This document shows, one piece after another, positions 49,946-62,130 of a stretch of DNA of 64,000 nt. The notes under the pieces were generated by a model. That model had not been told where the DNA came from and did no database searches. It worked only from the letters and a program-made list of their open reading frames with translations. The position numbers were made by a program, and so were the translations under genes. Numbering within the stretch: the stretch's first letter is position 1; every line of letters starts with the position of its first letter. Origin of the DNA: Chrysomallon squamiferum (lineage: Eukaryota > Animalia > Mollusca); NCBI GenBank assembly GCA_012295275.1, contig CM022665.1, positions 16,120,001 through 16,184,000 on the forward strand. The letters run 5' to 3'.

Positions 49946-50194
49946 TTAATTCGTAGCTTCAGAACGAATAATTCTGTCTATGGCACGAATCTCTTGTATT
50001 AGTCTCTCTCTCTCATTCTGCAGTTGTACAATGCGGATTGTTTTTAATTTGTACCCACAAAGCATTCCAACAAGAAATACAACAATGTACGAAAACAGTG
50101 TAGGTAAATCAGCTATAACGAATAATCCGCAAAGAAACACGAAAGCATAAGAGAGAAAAGACATGACAAGGTCAGGTATATATAATCTTTCCAT
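49946..50194 (-). CDS. Diverged mitoregulin-like paralogue, 82 aa, two hydrophobic segments
   Basis: Intact single-exon ORF. 22/43 identities by hand with the 57-aa ORF (VGxxxGYKLKTxRxxxLQNxRxRLIxxIxA). AATAAA on - at 49783-49788. Confidence 0.68.
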   Translation of the reverse strand: MERLYIPDLVMSFLSYAFVFLCGLFVIADLPTLFSYIVVFLVGMLCGYKLKTIRIVQLQNERERLIQEIRAIDRIIRSEATN

Positions 50195-50282
50195 ACGGAG
50201 ATACTAGTATGCGTGGGTCATTATCTTTCCCTGTTGATAATGATCCACAAACAACAAGCAGACGAAAATTACGACGACCTTC

Positions 50283-50360
50283 CTGCGGGGCTCAGTGATT
50301 AAGCCATTAGCCTAAAGACTGGTAGTTAGTTGGTTCACATCCCCGCACTGCCTTCTACTC
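50283..50360 (+). mobile_element. Degenerate tRNA-derived SINE head
   Basis: A-box-like GGCTCAGTGATTAA and B-box-like GGTTCACATCCC at tRNA-like spacing, but no intact cloverleaf. Confidence 0.4.
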
Positions 50361-50692
50361 CGAGATATTTGATTATTTCATTCTCTACATTGTCTTTTAC
50401 TAACAATTTAACACGACTGACACTAGCACTGTCTTGGGTCAACAACATAGGTTTCTGGGTGTTATTTCAATACAGACGTGCTTGTACCTTCATTTGGGTT
50501 TGAAATATCTTCAATGATTAATTGATTACTTAGTGTGCGTAACATATGTGTGCTTTTGTTTCCATTTATAAGCACGATTCTGATGATTAATTCAATGACT
50601 TAACGTAGAAAGCCCACAACAGATGTGCATTAATCTTTAGTGTGCGTAAGATGTTTCAAACTGATGATTGACGAAACGTAGTTAATAATTTT

Positions 50693-50806
<114 letters not shown>

Positions 50807-50873
50807 CTCATAATCTTTAATATAAAAATACTCTTAAGCCGTCGTTAAATTGTTATTGTTGTCGTTGACGTTA

Positions 50874-50905
<32 letters not shown>

Positions 50906-51233
50906 GATGATGATGTTTTCTTTTAATTATTAATTCTTTTGTTTCGTTTTCGTTTTTTCGTTCTTTCGTGCATTCTGTTCTCCAGATTTATAAACATATT
51001 TTATTTCTTTGCATTCAATAAACATTGACAGGCCATCGATATTCTACCATTCGTGTCACTACGGCAAGTATGACAGCATGTGTGCAATAGGGCATTAAAC
51101 GATTTTCCAAACTATTTCAGCAGTGATCTGCAGCAACAGTAATTACAAAGTGTAATATTTATAAACTGTCATTTTTGGATTTGTTTCTGACTATAGCTGT
51201 AACTGACCTGTACTATGTATGCGCGTGTGTGCG

Positions 51234-51236
<3 letters not shown>

Positions 51237-51320
<84 letters not shown>
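51237..51320. repeat. (GA)n microsatellite
   Basis: Directly visible. Confidence 0.95.
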
Positions 51321-51324
<4 letters not shown>

Positions 51325-51569
51325 AATCCAAAAAATTAATAGTTGCTAGGATTGTTCAAACACCCCACACACGCACACACAAATACACTTATACAAATAT
51401 ACCCCCTCTATCGTTTTCTTGTACACTTATTAAATATATTTATAAAAGACTTTAAATCAAATTAAAATTGAATTTTATTTTACAGCTGTAATTTTCAATT
51501 TTTAAATATTTTTAATTCTGAAATGTCGTGTCCTTATTCTTAAATATCTGCAGTTTCTAGGTCACGTGA

Positions 51570-51644
51570 TTACTGTGGCCAATCACAGTATCCCTTCGCT
51601 TGATTCCATACTGTTTTAGGTGGACACCGGTGTAGGAATGCTCT
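51570..51644 (-). pseudogene. Truncated remnant of a paralogous chitin-binding last exon (RAFLHRCPPKTVWNQAKGYCDWPQ*)
   Basis: Homologous to the 3' half of exon 52122-51977. It lacks the 5' half of the exon and its acceptor. Confidence 0.8.
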
Positions 51645-51976
51645 TGTATGTATATAAAATCACGTGTGCAGTAGGCTCGTGCTTCGAAATTAAAAAATGG
51701 ACAAATAGATTTCAATTTATAGATAAATTTTAAAATAATAAATATGGATGACCCATTTGCTTATTTATTTATTTTTTTTACATTTTTACATTTTTATATA
51801 TATATATATAATGTTGACTTATCCATTTCGGGTCACGTGTGGCAGCAATAACAACAATACATTTTTAAAAAAGCAGAAAAAAAGAAAACAACAAACAACT
51901 TCAAAATTAATTGCAATCAATTTTATTTATTTAGTTATGGTTTGTGTGACATTTTATAAGTCAGCAAGTCACGTGA

Positions 51977-53070
51977 TTACGCTGTCCAATCACAGTATCC
52001 CTTCGCTTGACTCCAGACGGTGTTAGTAGGACATCGGTGTAGAAATGCTCTTCCAAATGCACACTGATAGAACCGATTTGGATTGTTAGGGTGAGGAATA
52101 AACACATCTTTTAGACATCGATCTGCAAACAACAGAAATTATTATTATTATTGTTGTTGTTGTTGTTTTTCTTGTCGTTGATGTTAGTATTAAGATTATT
52201 TTTATTATTCTGCTGCTACTACTACTGAAACAAAACAACAACAAATATTACTACTACTCCTACTACAAATACAAATACAACTCCTGTAGTCCCTACTACT
52301 ATTACTGCTGCTGCTGTTGCTGTTCTATTATTAAACAGCGTTTATTTAACTTTCCTTCGGAAACATCCGATTGGATAAAACGATTGGTTCTAAAACATAC
52401 AAACGAACAACTTTATAGCTTGTATTCTCTGAGGTTACCATAAAGCTTCTGTATTTACCTCCACATGGCTCTGTAATGCATGTTCTATTTTCACGCTGAA
52501 TCTGTGGTTGGCAAGGTCCTGAAGCATAAGCACATATCCACCTGCGACTATATTCTTGAATGCCCTTTCCTCCACATAACAAAGAGCACTCCCCGCTTGG
52601 GTACCATGCATCCCAAAAAGCCGTTGTAGGTATTCTAATCAAATTATACAGCAAAGCTAATTAATTACAAGTTTATGAAGAAATATGAAACAAATAAACA
52701 AAAATATGTAAAAAAAAAAAAAAAAAAAAAAAAAAGAAGAAGAAGAAGAAAAAGAAACAAAATCAAATCAACAAAAAAAAAAAATCCCCCAAAACAAGAT
52801 GAAAATAACAAGAAGTAACCCCAAAAAAACAACAACCAAAATAAATAAATATATAAATAAAGACTAAAAAGCAAACGATAAAAAAAAAAGTAAGAGGAAA
52901 AGAAAAAACCCAACAAAAAGAAAAACAGCCAAACAACAAGAATAAATAATACTTGCAACAACTTCATCAAAAAAAAAAAAAAAAAACAACAACATTACTC
53001 ACCCCGCCGGTCTATTACACATAGCCGTCCCCACCAGCATGAAAAGAAACACAATTCTCAGCAGCGCCAT
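51977..53070 (-). CDS. Small secreted TSP1 + chitin-binding (CBM14/ChtBD2-like) protein, copy A, 129 aa
   Basis: Exons 53070-53003 (signal peptide MALLRIVFLFMLVGTAMC), 52634-52459 (TSP1: WDAW...CSLLCGGKGIQEYSRR...C...C...C...C) and 52122-51977 (CLKDVFIPHPNNPNRFYQCAFGRAFLHRCPTNTVWSQAKGYCDWTA*). Phases 2 and 1, GT-AG. Confidence 0.85.
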
Positions 53071-53989
53071 CTAGAAGAGTAATGGGAATACAGTAAACAC
53101 CACAATATATGTTATTTTCGACACGATAAAATAAACATTATATTCCCTTTTGTAAAAATGTATCTCTCATAATTCCATTTACATGTATGCAACTTTATCA
53201 TCAGTGTGAAATAAAAAAAAATTAAAAAAATTAAATTCTCTTTATCTAAGTATCTATCTATCGATCTATCTATCTCTCTTCCTGTTTTTCTTCCTTTCTT
53301 TCTTTCTCTCTATATTTATTTATTTTATTTTATTTTTTTCCACATCTTTTTTTTTTTCCACATTAGTTCGGAATACTTACTTTGGTCTATTTCATATCAT
53401 TATGGCTGCTTGAATAAAGTAATGTATATCTGGATGTTAACAAAGACTCGCCATAGCGGTCTTTATATACTCACGTATTTGTATTTGAATACGTAACTGT
53501 TGCGTTACCTCGATTTCAGGTTTGTCCAGCACAAACTGCGTCGCTCGCAATAAGCAGAGAGATGATGTGTTGTATAAATTTATACCCAAATCGTCTTCAC
53601 TGATAATATCATGTTCAGCATAATTTTAAAAAAAACCCACAAAACCCCCCACAAAACAATTGACAGCTTTTGTTTGTTTTAACACGCCGCAGGTGGAATC
53701 GTGTAAAGTGAACGTAACAAACACCCTTCTGTTTATCACAGATGTTTTGTCAGCTAGCCACGTATTGCGAATTTGAAAGTCGCTGAAAATGTATTAGAAA
53801 GAGTAGCTAGTTCATTGTCTGATGTAGGGTTTCATGACACTTTAAATATATATACATATACATATACATATATACACATAACAAAACTGAACTGTACTTT
53901 AGTAGATGAAATGGAAAAAAATTGTATAACAGTTTATAAAAATACACAAACATACAGACAAATACCAAAAAAAACAAAACAGTTCTTAC

Positions 53990-54064
53990 CTTCTCAAAGA
54001 GTCAGTTGTCAAATTTTGATCTGTTTTAGACGTCAGTTACAGAACAGTTCAGCCACTTAAATAC
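53990..54064 (-). promoter_or_regulatory. Putative TATA-like promoter and non-coding first exon of copy A
   Basis: TATTTAA on - at 54064-54058 and an AAG|GTAAGA donor at 53990. The next exon starts with AG|ATG, so a non-coding exon 1 is implied. Confidence 0.55.
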
Positions 54065-55463
54065 TATAGCTGCCATTAAAGGTGTCAGAGAAAAAAGTCA
54101 TCAAAAGATGAAATATTTACACCTCAGTCTAAACTGCGTGATCAGTTTGAAATATAATACAAAAAGTTTCACCTTTTTCTGAGAGAAACAACTGGTGAGT
54201 AAAAAGTGTAAAATGCAGATGCTGTAACATTAACAACAACAACAACAACATCAATAACAACAGCAACAATAATAATAGTACTACTATTACTGTTGCTGCT
54301 GCTGCTGCTACTACTACTACTACTATTACTACTACTACTACTACTACTATTACTAACACTAATAATAATAATAATATGTTGTTGTTGTAGTTATGGTGGA
54401 AGTGATGGTTAGGATGATACGTAGTATATATAAACAGACATACATGTGTAAATGTGTGCACATACATACATGCATTCATACAATATATGTATACATACAT
54501 ACATACACACAGTTATTCATACATATATAAATACATGCACTCAGTTATTCATATATACATACAGGCATGCATATACAGAGAGAGATTATAACTACATATC
54601 TATTTTAATTAATAATTTATTGAACCGGTTTTTCTTTCTTTCTTTGATTACCATTACTGCGACTACTTCTACTACTACTACTCTACTGCTACTGCTACTA
54701 TTAATACTACTGCTACTATTACTACTACTACCACTAATAATACTACTACTACTACAGTAGCAAAAGTAATTTCAAGAACAAGAACAACGATAGTAATAAT
54801 AATACTTCAACTACCACTAGCAGTACTATTATTATAACGTTTTAAGAATAAAAAATAAAAATGTGTGGAATTTGTGAAGAAATATTAAAAAAATAAGCAT
54901 TAAGTTTTTATCCGCTATTTTAAGAAATGAAATTAATTAAATATATATTTATAAATTTAGTTTAGATCATAGCATTTTGAATATTCCTTTCTTCATTCTA
55001 AATATTCATAGCTATTATAAAATTGCTGAAAACCAATAGGGGGTAGCCAGGATTTCAGAAGAATGAGGAGAAAAACAGTTGTCTTTTGTGTATGTGCGTG
55101 TGTGTTTTTGGTGTTTTTACCCGTAAATAAATGGTAACTTTAAAGACCGCATCAGTTTAATTATAAAGAAAAGAACAACAGCAAAAAACAAAAACAAAAC
55201 CACTCCCCCGTTTTCTCGAACTAGATATATTTCATTCTATGACTACGCAAGCTGATCTTTATTTCTTTCGTAATATTTCGAAAAGGAAGTGCTTTTATTT
55301 TCTTCTGAAGAACTGTTAAAATCACAGATGTTTTGTGGTGTCTTAAATTTGATATACTTGTATTACTCACTGTCAAATCTTTTCTGCACATTTGAGTAAA
55401 AACGTGTTTAAGTTTATCAAAAACATCTGTGAAATCATATATTGTTGATATAGCAACGAAAAG

Positions 55464-55465
<2 letters not shown>

Positions 55466-55546
<81 letters not shown>
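55466..55546. repeat. (CT)n microsatellite within the duplicated segment
   Basis: Directly visible; counterpart at 60603-60694. Confidence 0.95.
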
Positions 55547-55552
<6 letters not shown>

Positions 55553-56630
55553 CACATTTCAACTAACATCACAAATTAGAAACATCTAGATAAAAGCTTA
55601 ATCTACTGTGCTTGTTTCACTGACAAATGTAGTTGAAGTGGTCAGATTTTGTTTCTGTGACATGAACAAGTGAAAATCGATGCTATCTGGATCAAGTTCA
55701 GACAACATCACCCCTCAGTTTTCGTTCCTCCATCATCTGTTCTCACATTTATAAACGATTTTAAATTTTGCAAAAATCGGATGTCAGTAATTATCGATAG
55801 AGGAGAATGCCATTTCAGAAAAATTGCTTGAGAATAATTTTAATCCCAAAAACCAAATATTTGAAAAGATCTGCAAAACAACAGTAATTACAAAAACAGT
55901 CAAACAAACAATCAATTGTTTCTGACAATTAAGGAGGTCAGACGTCTAGCTTTGGATCGGACAGTCCGGTTTTGGGGTACTTAGTTCGATTACCTTGATC
56001 GGACGTTAATTTCTTCTCCTTTTTGATTTGATTAATAAATTTATTTGAATTACCTCAGATGTACACTTAAAATGAAACAGCAAATTAATATCGTTTTCTT
56101 TAACAGAAAAAAAAAAAAAAAAAAAGACTTTAAACAAATAAAATTTTTAATGAAAAAGAAAATAAAAATTTTTAAAAAAGGATATTTAAATTTGTCCTTA
56201 TTTTAAATATTTGCAATTTTTAAACTTTATTTTAAAAAATAAATAAATTAAAAAGAACTATTTTTAAGTGTATGTTGCTGATTTCATGTACGTATATAAA
56301 ATCACGTGTGCAGTAGGCTTGTGCTTCGAAATTAAAAAATGGACAAATAGATTTCAATTTATAGATAAATTTTAATATAATAAATATGGATGACCCATTT
56401 GCTTATTTATTTATTATTTTTATTACATTTTTATATATATATATATATATATAATGTTGACTTATCCATTTCGGGTCACGTGTGGCAGCAATAACAACAA
56501 TACATTTTTAAAAAAGCAGAAAAAAAGAAAACAACAAACAACTTCAAAATTAATTGCAATCGAATTTTATTTATTTAGTTATGGTTTGTGTGACATTTTA
56601 TACGTCGTCTGCAGTCAGCAAGTCACGTGA

Positions 56631-56791
56631 TTACGCTGTCCAATCACAGTATCCCTTCGCTTGACTCCAGACGGTGTTAGTAGGACATCGGTGTAGAAAT
56701 GCTCTTCCGAATGCACACTGATAGAACCGATTTGGATTGTTAGGGTGAGGAATAAACACATTTTTTAGACATCGATCTGCAAACAACAGAA

Positions 56792-56833
<42 letters not shown>

Positions 56834-57615
56834 GTAGTAAAATCCAGAACAGGAACAAAATAAATAAATAAATAAAGACTAGAAAAAATAAAATAAAACA
56901 ACCTTACAAAAAGAGACAAACAGCCAAACAACAAGAATAAATGAATAATGCTTACAACAGCTTCATCAAAACATAAAACAAAACAAAACAATTTTGGTAG
57001 TTGTAGTAATAGTAGCATATGAACTGTAATAATAATATTAGCAGTAATGATAATATAAGAAGTTTTAATAGTAATGTTATCTGTAAACGAATAAAGAGAC
57101 AGGGTGAGATTGTATAAAAAATAAAATAATAGTAGTAATAATAGTATGCGAAGCAGTAATGTTAATATTAGTAGCAATGGCAGTATAACAAGTAGTAATA
57201 ATTAGAGTATTAGTAATGTTAGAGAGAAAAGAGAGAGAGAGAGATTAATTCAGATAAAAAGAAATAGTAACATACGCGATTAGTAATAGTTGTAACTTTA
57301 CTAGTAATGGTAGTATAAGTAATTGTAATATGAGAATTAAAGAGACGAAGGTTTAATCGAAAACAAAAATAGTAGTAGTAGCAGCAGCAGTAATGAATAT
57401 GATCGAACTGGTAATACTTACTTCCACAAGATGACGTATAACAGGTTACGTTTCGCCGTTCGCTTCCGACTGTATGTGACGTACAACAGGAACCGTAATA
57501 ACAAGAATAGCATTTTTTCAGTGTTCTTTCCTGTTCTCTAAAGCCCTCTCCACCACACATCAGAGAGCATTCATCTATGTATCTCCATGAACTCCACACC
57601 AGATGGCTGGAATCT

Positions 57616-57647
<32 letters not shown>

Positions 57648-57915
57648 GGTACTATCGCTACTACTAATAGTACTACTAGTACTATTAGTACAGTAGCAAC
57701 AGCAACTTCAAGAACAAGAACAGCAACAGTAATGATAACAATAATAGTTCGAGTACCGCAAGCAGTACAATTATTATAATTAAAAAAAATAATAACAATA
57801 ATAAAAATAATAATAATAGTTTCAAGACAGATATTTTAATTTCTTTCTTTTTTTATTATATTTTCATACAAATAGTTTACGTGCTTATTTAGTTATTATA
57901 TACACATACCCGCAA

Positions 57916-57958
<43 letters not shown>

Positions 57959-58612
57959 GAACACAAATTGAAACACACATACAGACACAAAGCCGTAACC
58001 CCGGTGCCGGATTTAGACTTAGTGAGGTCCTAAGACCCTATATAATTTTTTTTAAATTACACCCGCTGTTCTCAGAAAACTTGAAAATATTTATGTCTTT
58101 TAATCATTTAATAACCAAACAACTTCAAAGTGAACATTACAAATTATTTTCAAATGAATGCACTTAACGACTACATCTTAATAATTTGGGTTCGCTTAAT
58201 CTCTGTCATTAAATACAGTATACCTACCTTAAACAATACTTAAATGTAATTTTTAAAATAATTTTAAAATTTATTAATACACACATCAGTTCTGCGTAGC
58301 CTCAGGGAATCCTATCAGATTACCTGAGGTAAAAATGAGTATAAAATTAAAACTGGAATTTTCTTGAGCCATGCAGATTGTGAAGTCCTAAGTTAGAGCT
58401 CGTTTAGCTTGTACTAAAATATCAATAAAAATTATAATTTCCATAAACACAAAAAGAAAAGGTGTGTGTATGTGTATGCCCACGTATACGTGCATGCGTG
58501 AGTAAGGTGTGCGTAAAAGGTGTGTATACGTGCATGCGTGAGTATGTGTAATTATTGCAACTTACATCTGAACAATGATGAGCACAAAGAGAGCGATCTT
58601 AATGAGCAGCAT
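56631..58612 (-). CDS. Small secreted TSP1 + chitin-binding (CBM14-like) protein, copy B, 128 aa
   Basis: Exons 58612-58566 (MLLIKIALFVLIIVQI), 57615-57422 (TSP1: WSSW...CSLMCGGEGFREQER..., 8 Cys) and 56776-56631 (CLKNVFIPHPNNPNRFYQC...CDWTA*). Same phases as copy A, GT-AG. Confidence 0.85.
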
Positions 58613-58885
58613 CTGAAATTTATATTTCAGTAATTAAATTACGTAATAATATATTGTATTTATACCTAAGTTATTATTTTCTAACTGGAGATAAGTTTTT
58701 ATTCATTTTAAAGTATTACAATAAATTAACAATCCTTGTAATCCCATTTAGTATATATATGAATAGATAAATATATAGGTAGTCCGGTGCCTGTGTGTCC
58801 ATACTGAGATAGATAGATAGAGAAACGGAAATAGGAATATAATATATAAAAGAACGAGTTGCTACTGCATGTTCATATATCAATA

Positions 58886-60598
58886 ACAAAACTAAATTGT
58901 AATTTAATAGATGAAATGGAAACAAATTCTATAACATTTAAAAAAAAAAAAAAAAAATTAAAATCAGAAAAATACAGATAAAAGTTCTTACCTTCTCAAA
59001 GAGTCAGTTGTCAAATTTTGATCTGTTTTAGACGTCAGTTACAGAACAGTTCAGCCACTTAAATACTATAGCTGCCATTAAAGGTGTCAGAGAAAAAAGA
59101 CATCAAAAGATGAAATATTTACACCTCAGTCTAAACTGCGTGATCAGTTTGAAATATAATACAAAAAATTTCACCTTTTTCTGAGAGAAACAACTGGTGA
59201 GTAAAAAGTGTAAAATGCAGATGCTGTAACATTAACAACAACAATAACAACAATAACATCAATAACAACAGCAACAATAATAATAGTACTACTATTACTG
59301 CTACTACTGCTACTACTACTACTACTACTAACACTAATAATAATAATAATATGTTGTTGTTGTAGTTATGGTAGAAGTGATGGTTAGGATGATACGTAGT
59401 ATATATAAACAGACATACATGTGTAAATGTGTGCACATACATACATGCATTCATACAATATATGTATACCCACATATATACATACAATTATTCATACATA
59501 TATACATACATGCACACAGTTATTCATACATACATATAGGCATGCATATACAGAGAGAGATTATAACTACATAACTATTTTAATTAATAATGTATTGAAA
59601 CGATTTTTCTTTCTTTCGTTCATTATTATTACTGCTATTACTTCTACTGCTACTACTTCTTTTACTACTAGAACTACTACTACTGGTACTGTTAGTACAG
59701 TAGCAACAGTAACTTCAAGAACAAGAACAACAGTAATAATAACAATAATAGTTCAACTTCCGCTGGCAACTATTATTATAACTTTAAAAAAATAAAAATA
59801 AATTAAATAAAAAAATCTTGTGGAATTTAGAGAAATAAGCATTAAGTTTTTTTCCCCGCTATTTTAAGAAACGAAATTAATTAAATATATATTTATAAAT
59901 TGTTCAAAACTTAGTTTAGATCATAGCATTTTGAATATTCGTTTTTCTTCATTCTAAATATTCACAGCTATACTAAAATTGCTGAACACATATGGGGTGT
60001 ATTCAGGATTTCAGAAGAAAGAGGAGAAAAACTGTTGTCTTTTGTGTGCGTTAGTGTGTTATTTATTTTATATTTTTCCCGTGAATAACTGGTAACTTTA
60101 AAGACAGCATGAGTTTAATCACAAATAAAAGAACAACAATACAGGAAAAAATAAAAAATAAAAAATAAAATATATATACATAAATAAATAAATAAATAAA
60201 TAAATAAAAAGAATACCCCGTCTTCTCGAACTATAACTGCACAAGTTGACATTTTTTATTATTATTATTTTTTTCGTAATACTTCGGAATGGAAGTGCTT
60301 CTTTTTTTCTTTCTGAAGAGCTGTTAAAATCACAGATGTTTTGTGGTGTCATAAATTTGATATACTTGTATTACTCACTGTCAAACCTTTTAGTAAAAAC
60401 GTGTTTGAGTTTATCAAAACCATCTGTGAAATCATATATTGTTGATATAGCAATGAAAAATAAAACACCTCATTCACTGACGTACGTGGCTGGTGTCTGT
60501 AAGCTGTGGACATCAACTCGGTCTTTTAAGACTTATAGATACACTGCTCGCATCCTGTCTGTGACTTTTTAAACAAACATAATACGACTTATATCATG

Positions 60599-60697
<99 letters not shown>

Positions 60698-60996
60698 CAT
60701 CACATTTCAACTAACATCACAAATCAGAAACATCTAGATAAAAGCTTAATCTACTGTGCTTGTTTCACTGACAAATGTAGTTGAAGTGGTCAGATTTTGT
60801 TTCTGTGACATGAACAAGTGAAAATCGATGCTATCTGGATCAAGCTCAGACAACATCAGCCCTCAGTTTTCATTCCTCCATCATCTCTCTCGCGTGCACA
60901 ACACGATTTAAAATTGTGAAAAAATCGGATGTCAGTAATTATACACAGAGGAGAATGCCATTTCAGAAAATTGCTTGAGAATAATTTTAATCCCAA
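58886..60996. repeat. Segmental duplication, copy 2 (copy 1 at ~53880-55850)
   Basis: Colinear with copy 1. Carries an extra ~140-bp block (~60461-60602) that copy 1 lacks. Confidence 0.9.
58992..59066 (-). promoter_or_regulatory. Putative TATA-like promoter and non-coding first exon of copy B
   Basis: Identical by eye to 53990-54064, with the AAG|GTAAGA donor at 58992. Confidence 0.55.
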
Positions 60997-62130
60997 CAAT
61001 CGTCCTGAAAAAAAAAAAAAAAAAAAAAAAAGTAGGCCTATATAAAAAGCTTTTTAAAAAAAAAAAATTAAATAAATAAGAATATCATTTTTTCCTATTT
61101 AACCAGCCCTTTCTGCCGTAAAATCCGTGTATCTCTGTCTTCTATGATTAAAAGTGAATCTATCATTACTGATACTGAAATGTAGAATAGTGCAATGTAC
61201 AATGTTTGTTTTACGTATACTGCAATGTTTATATGAAACACACACACACACACAGAGACACACACACACACACACAAACATACACAAATATATATTTTAC
61301 TATTGTCCCCCGAAACACATGTTGCATCATGTGTGATTTGTGCAAGATCGTTTTGATACTAATATCAGTTTCATGGCGATGTTAAGAGAAAATGAAACCT
61401 GAGATTTAGTTTCACGCTCTTTGTTAAAACGTTAAAATGAACAGGCCAGATTACAAACATTTTACGTCATTTGGTTTGTCAAGGTGCAAGTGACAGGTTT
61501 TTTTTTTTTTCTTTCAGAATCACACCTTTGATACACCGTGTAAGCGGTTTGTCATTGTTATGATGCAATAGGTCTTGTAACATTGCTGTTACAACGAAGA
61601 CTGGCAGATCGTGGGTTCGAAGCTAACGCACCCCGATGACACTTAGTTTAAGTAAATAAATAAATAAATTAAAAAATAATAATAACAACAACAATAATAA
61701 TAACAGTATTATCAGTAACAGTAATTATACTACAACAACAACAACTATTACTACTACTTAAAATAATAATAATGAAAATAATAGTAGTAGTAGTACTAGT
61801 AGAAGTAGTGCTAGTAGTAATAGCAATAACAACAACAATAAACAATAATAACAGTAAAAATAACAATAATTACAGTAATAGTAATAAAACTAGAAATAAG
61901 TTAATAAAAAAAAATAAAATAAAATAAAATATAATAAATAAATAAAATAACACAAATTATAAATTGACAAGGTGTCACAAACTTCATCATCAAACTACAA
62001 ACAGTTTCTTAGAGAACGTGAACGTTCTCGTTATCTGCTGTCGTGGACAACAAGAAAACAACAATTCTCAGTTCTCAGTGTAACTTTTATTATCAGTTAT
62101 ATGTTAAATTTTCATTGTGACAAACACGGA

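Larger units (their letters stand above)
53880..55850. repeat. Segmental duplication, copy 1 (copy 2 at ~58886-60996), covering the 5' exon and upstream region of the TSP1-CBM14 genes
   Basis: Long colinear near-identity, e.g. 53981-54230 versus 58983-59232 and 55547-55850 versus 60696-60996, including shared microsatellites. Confidence 0.9.

Noticed and set aside
50283-50360. Possible tRNA gene
   Set aside because: A and B boxes are degenerate and the stems do not close; a SINE remnant fits better.
51563-51975. Cluster of CACGTG E-boxes downstream of the TSP1-CBM14 genes (repeated at 56303-56629)
   Set aside because: The count is partly inflated by local duplication, and short motifs alone do not support an enhancer call.
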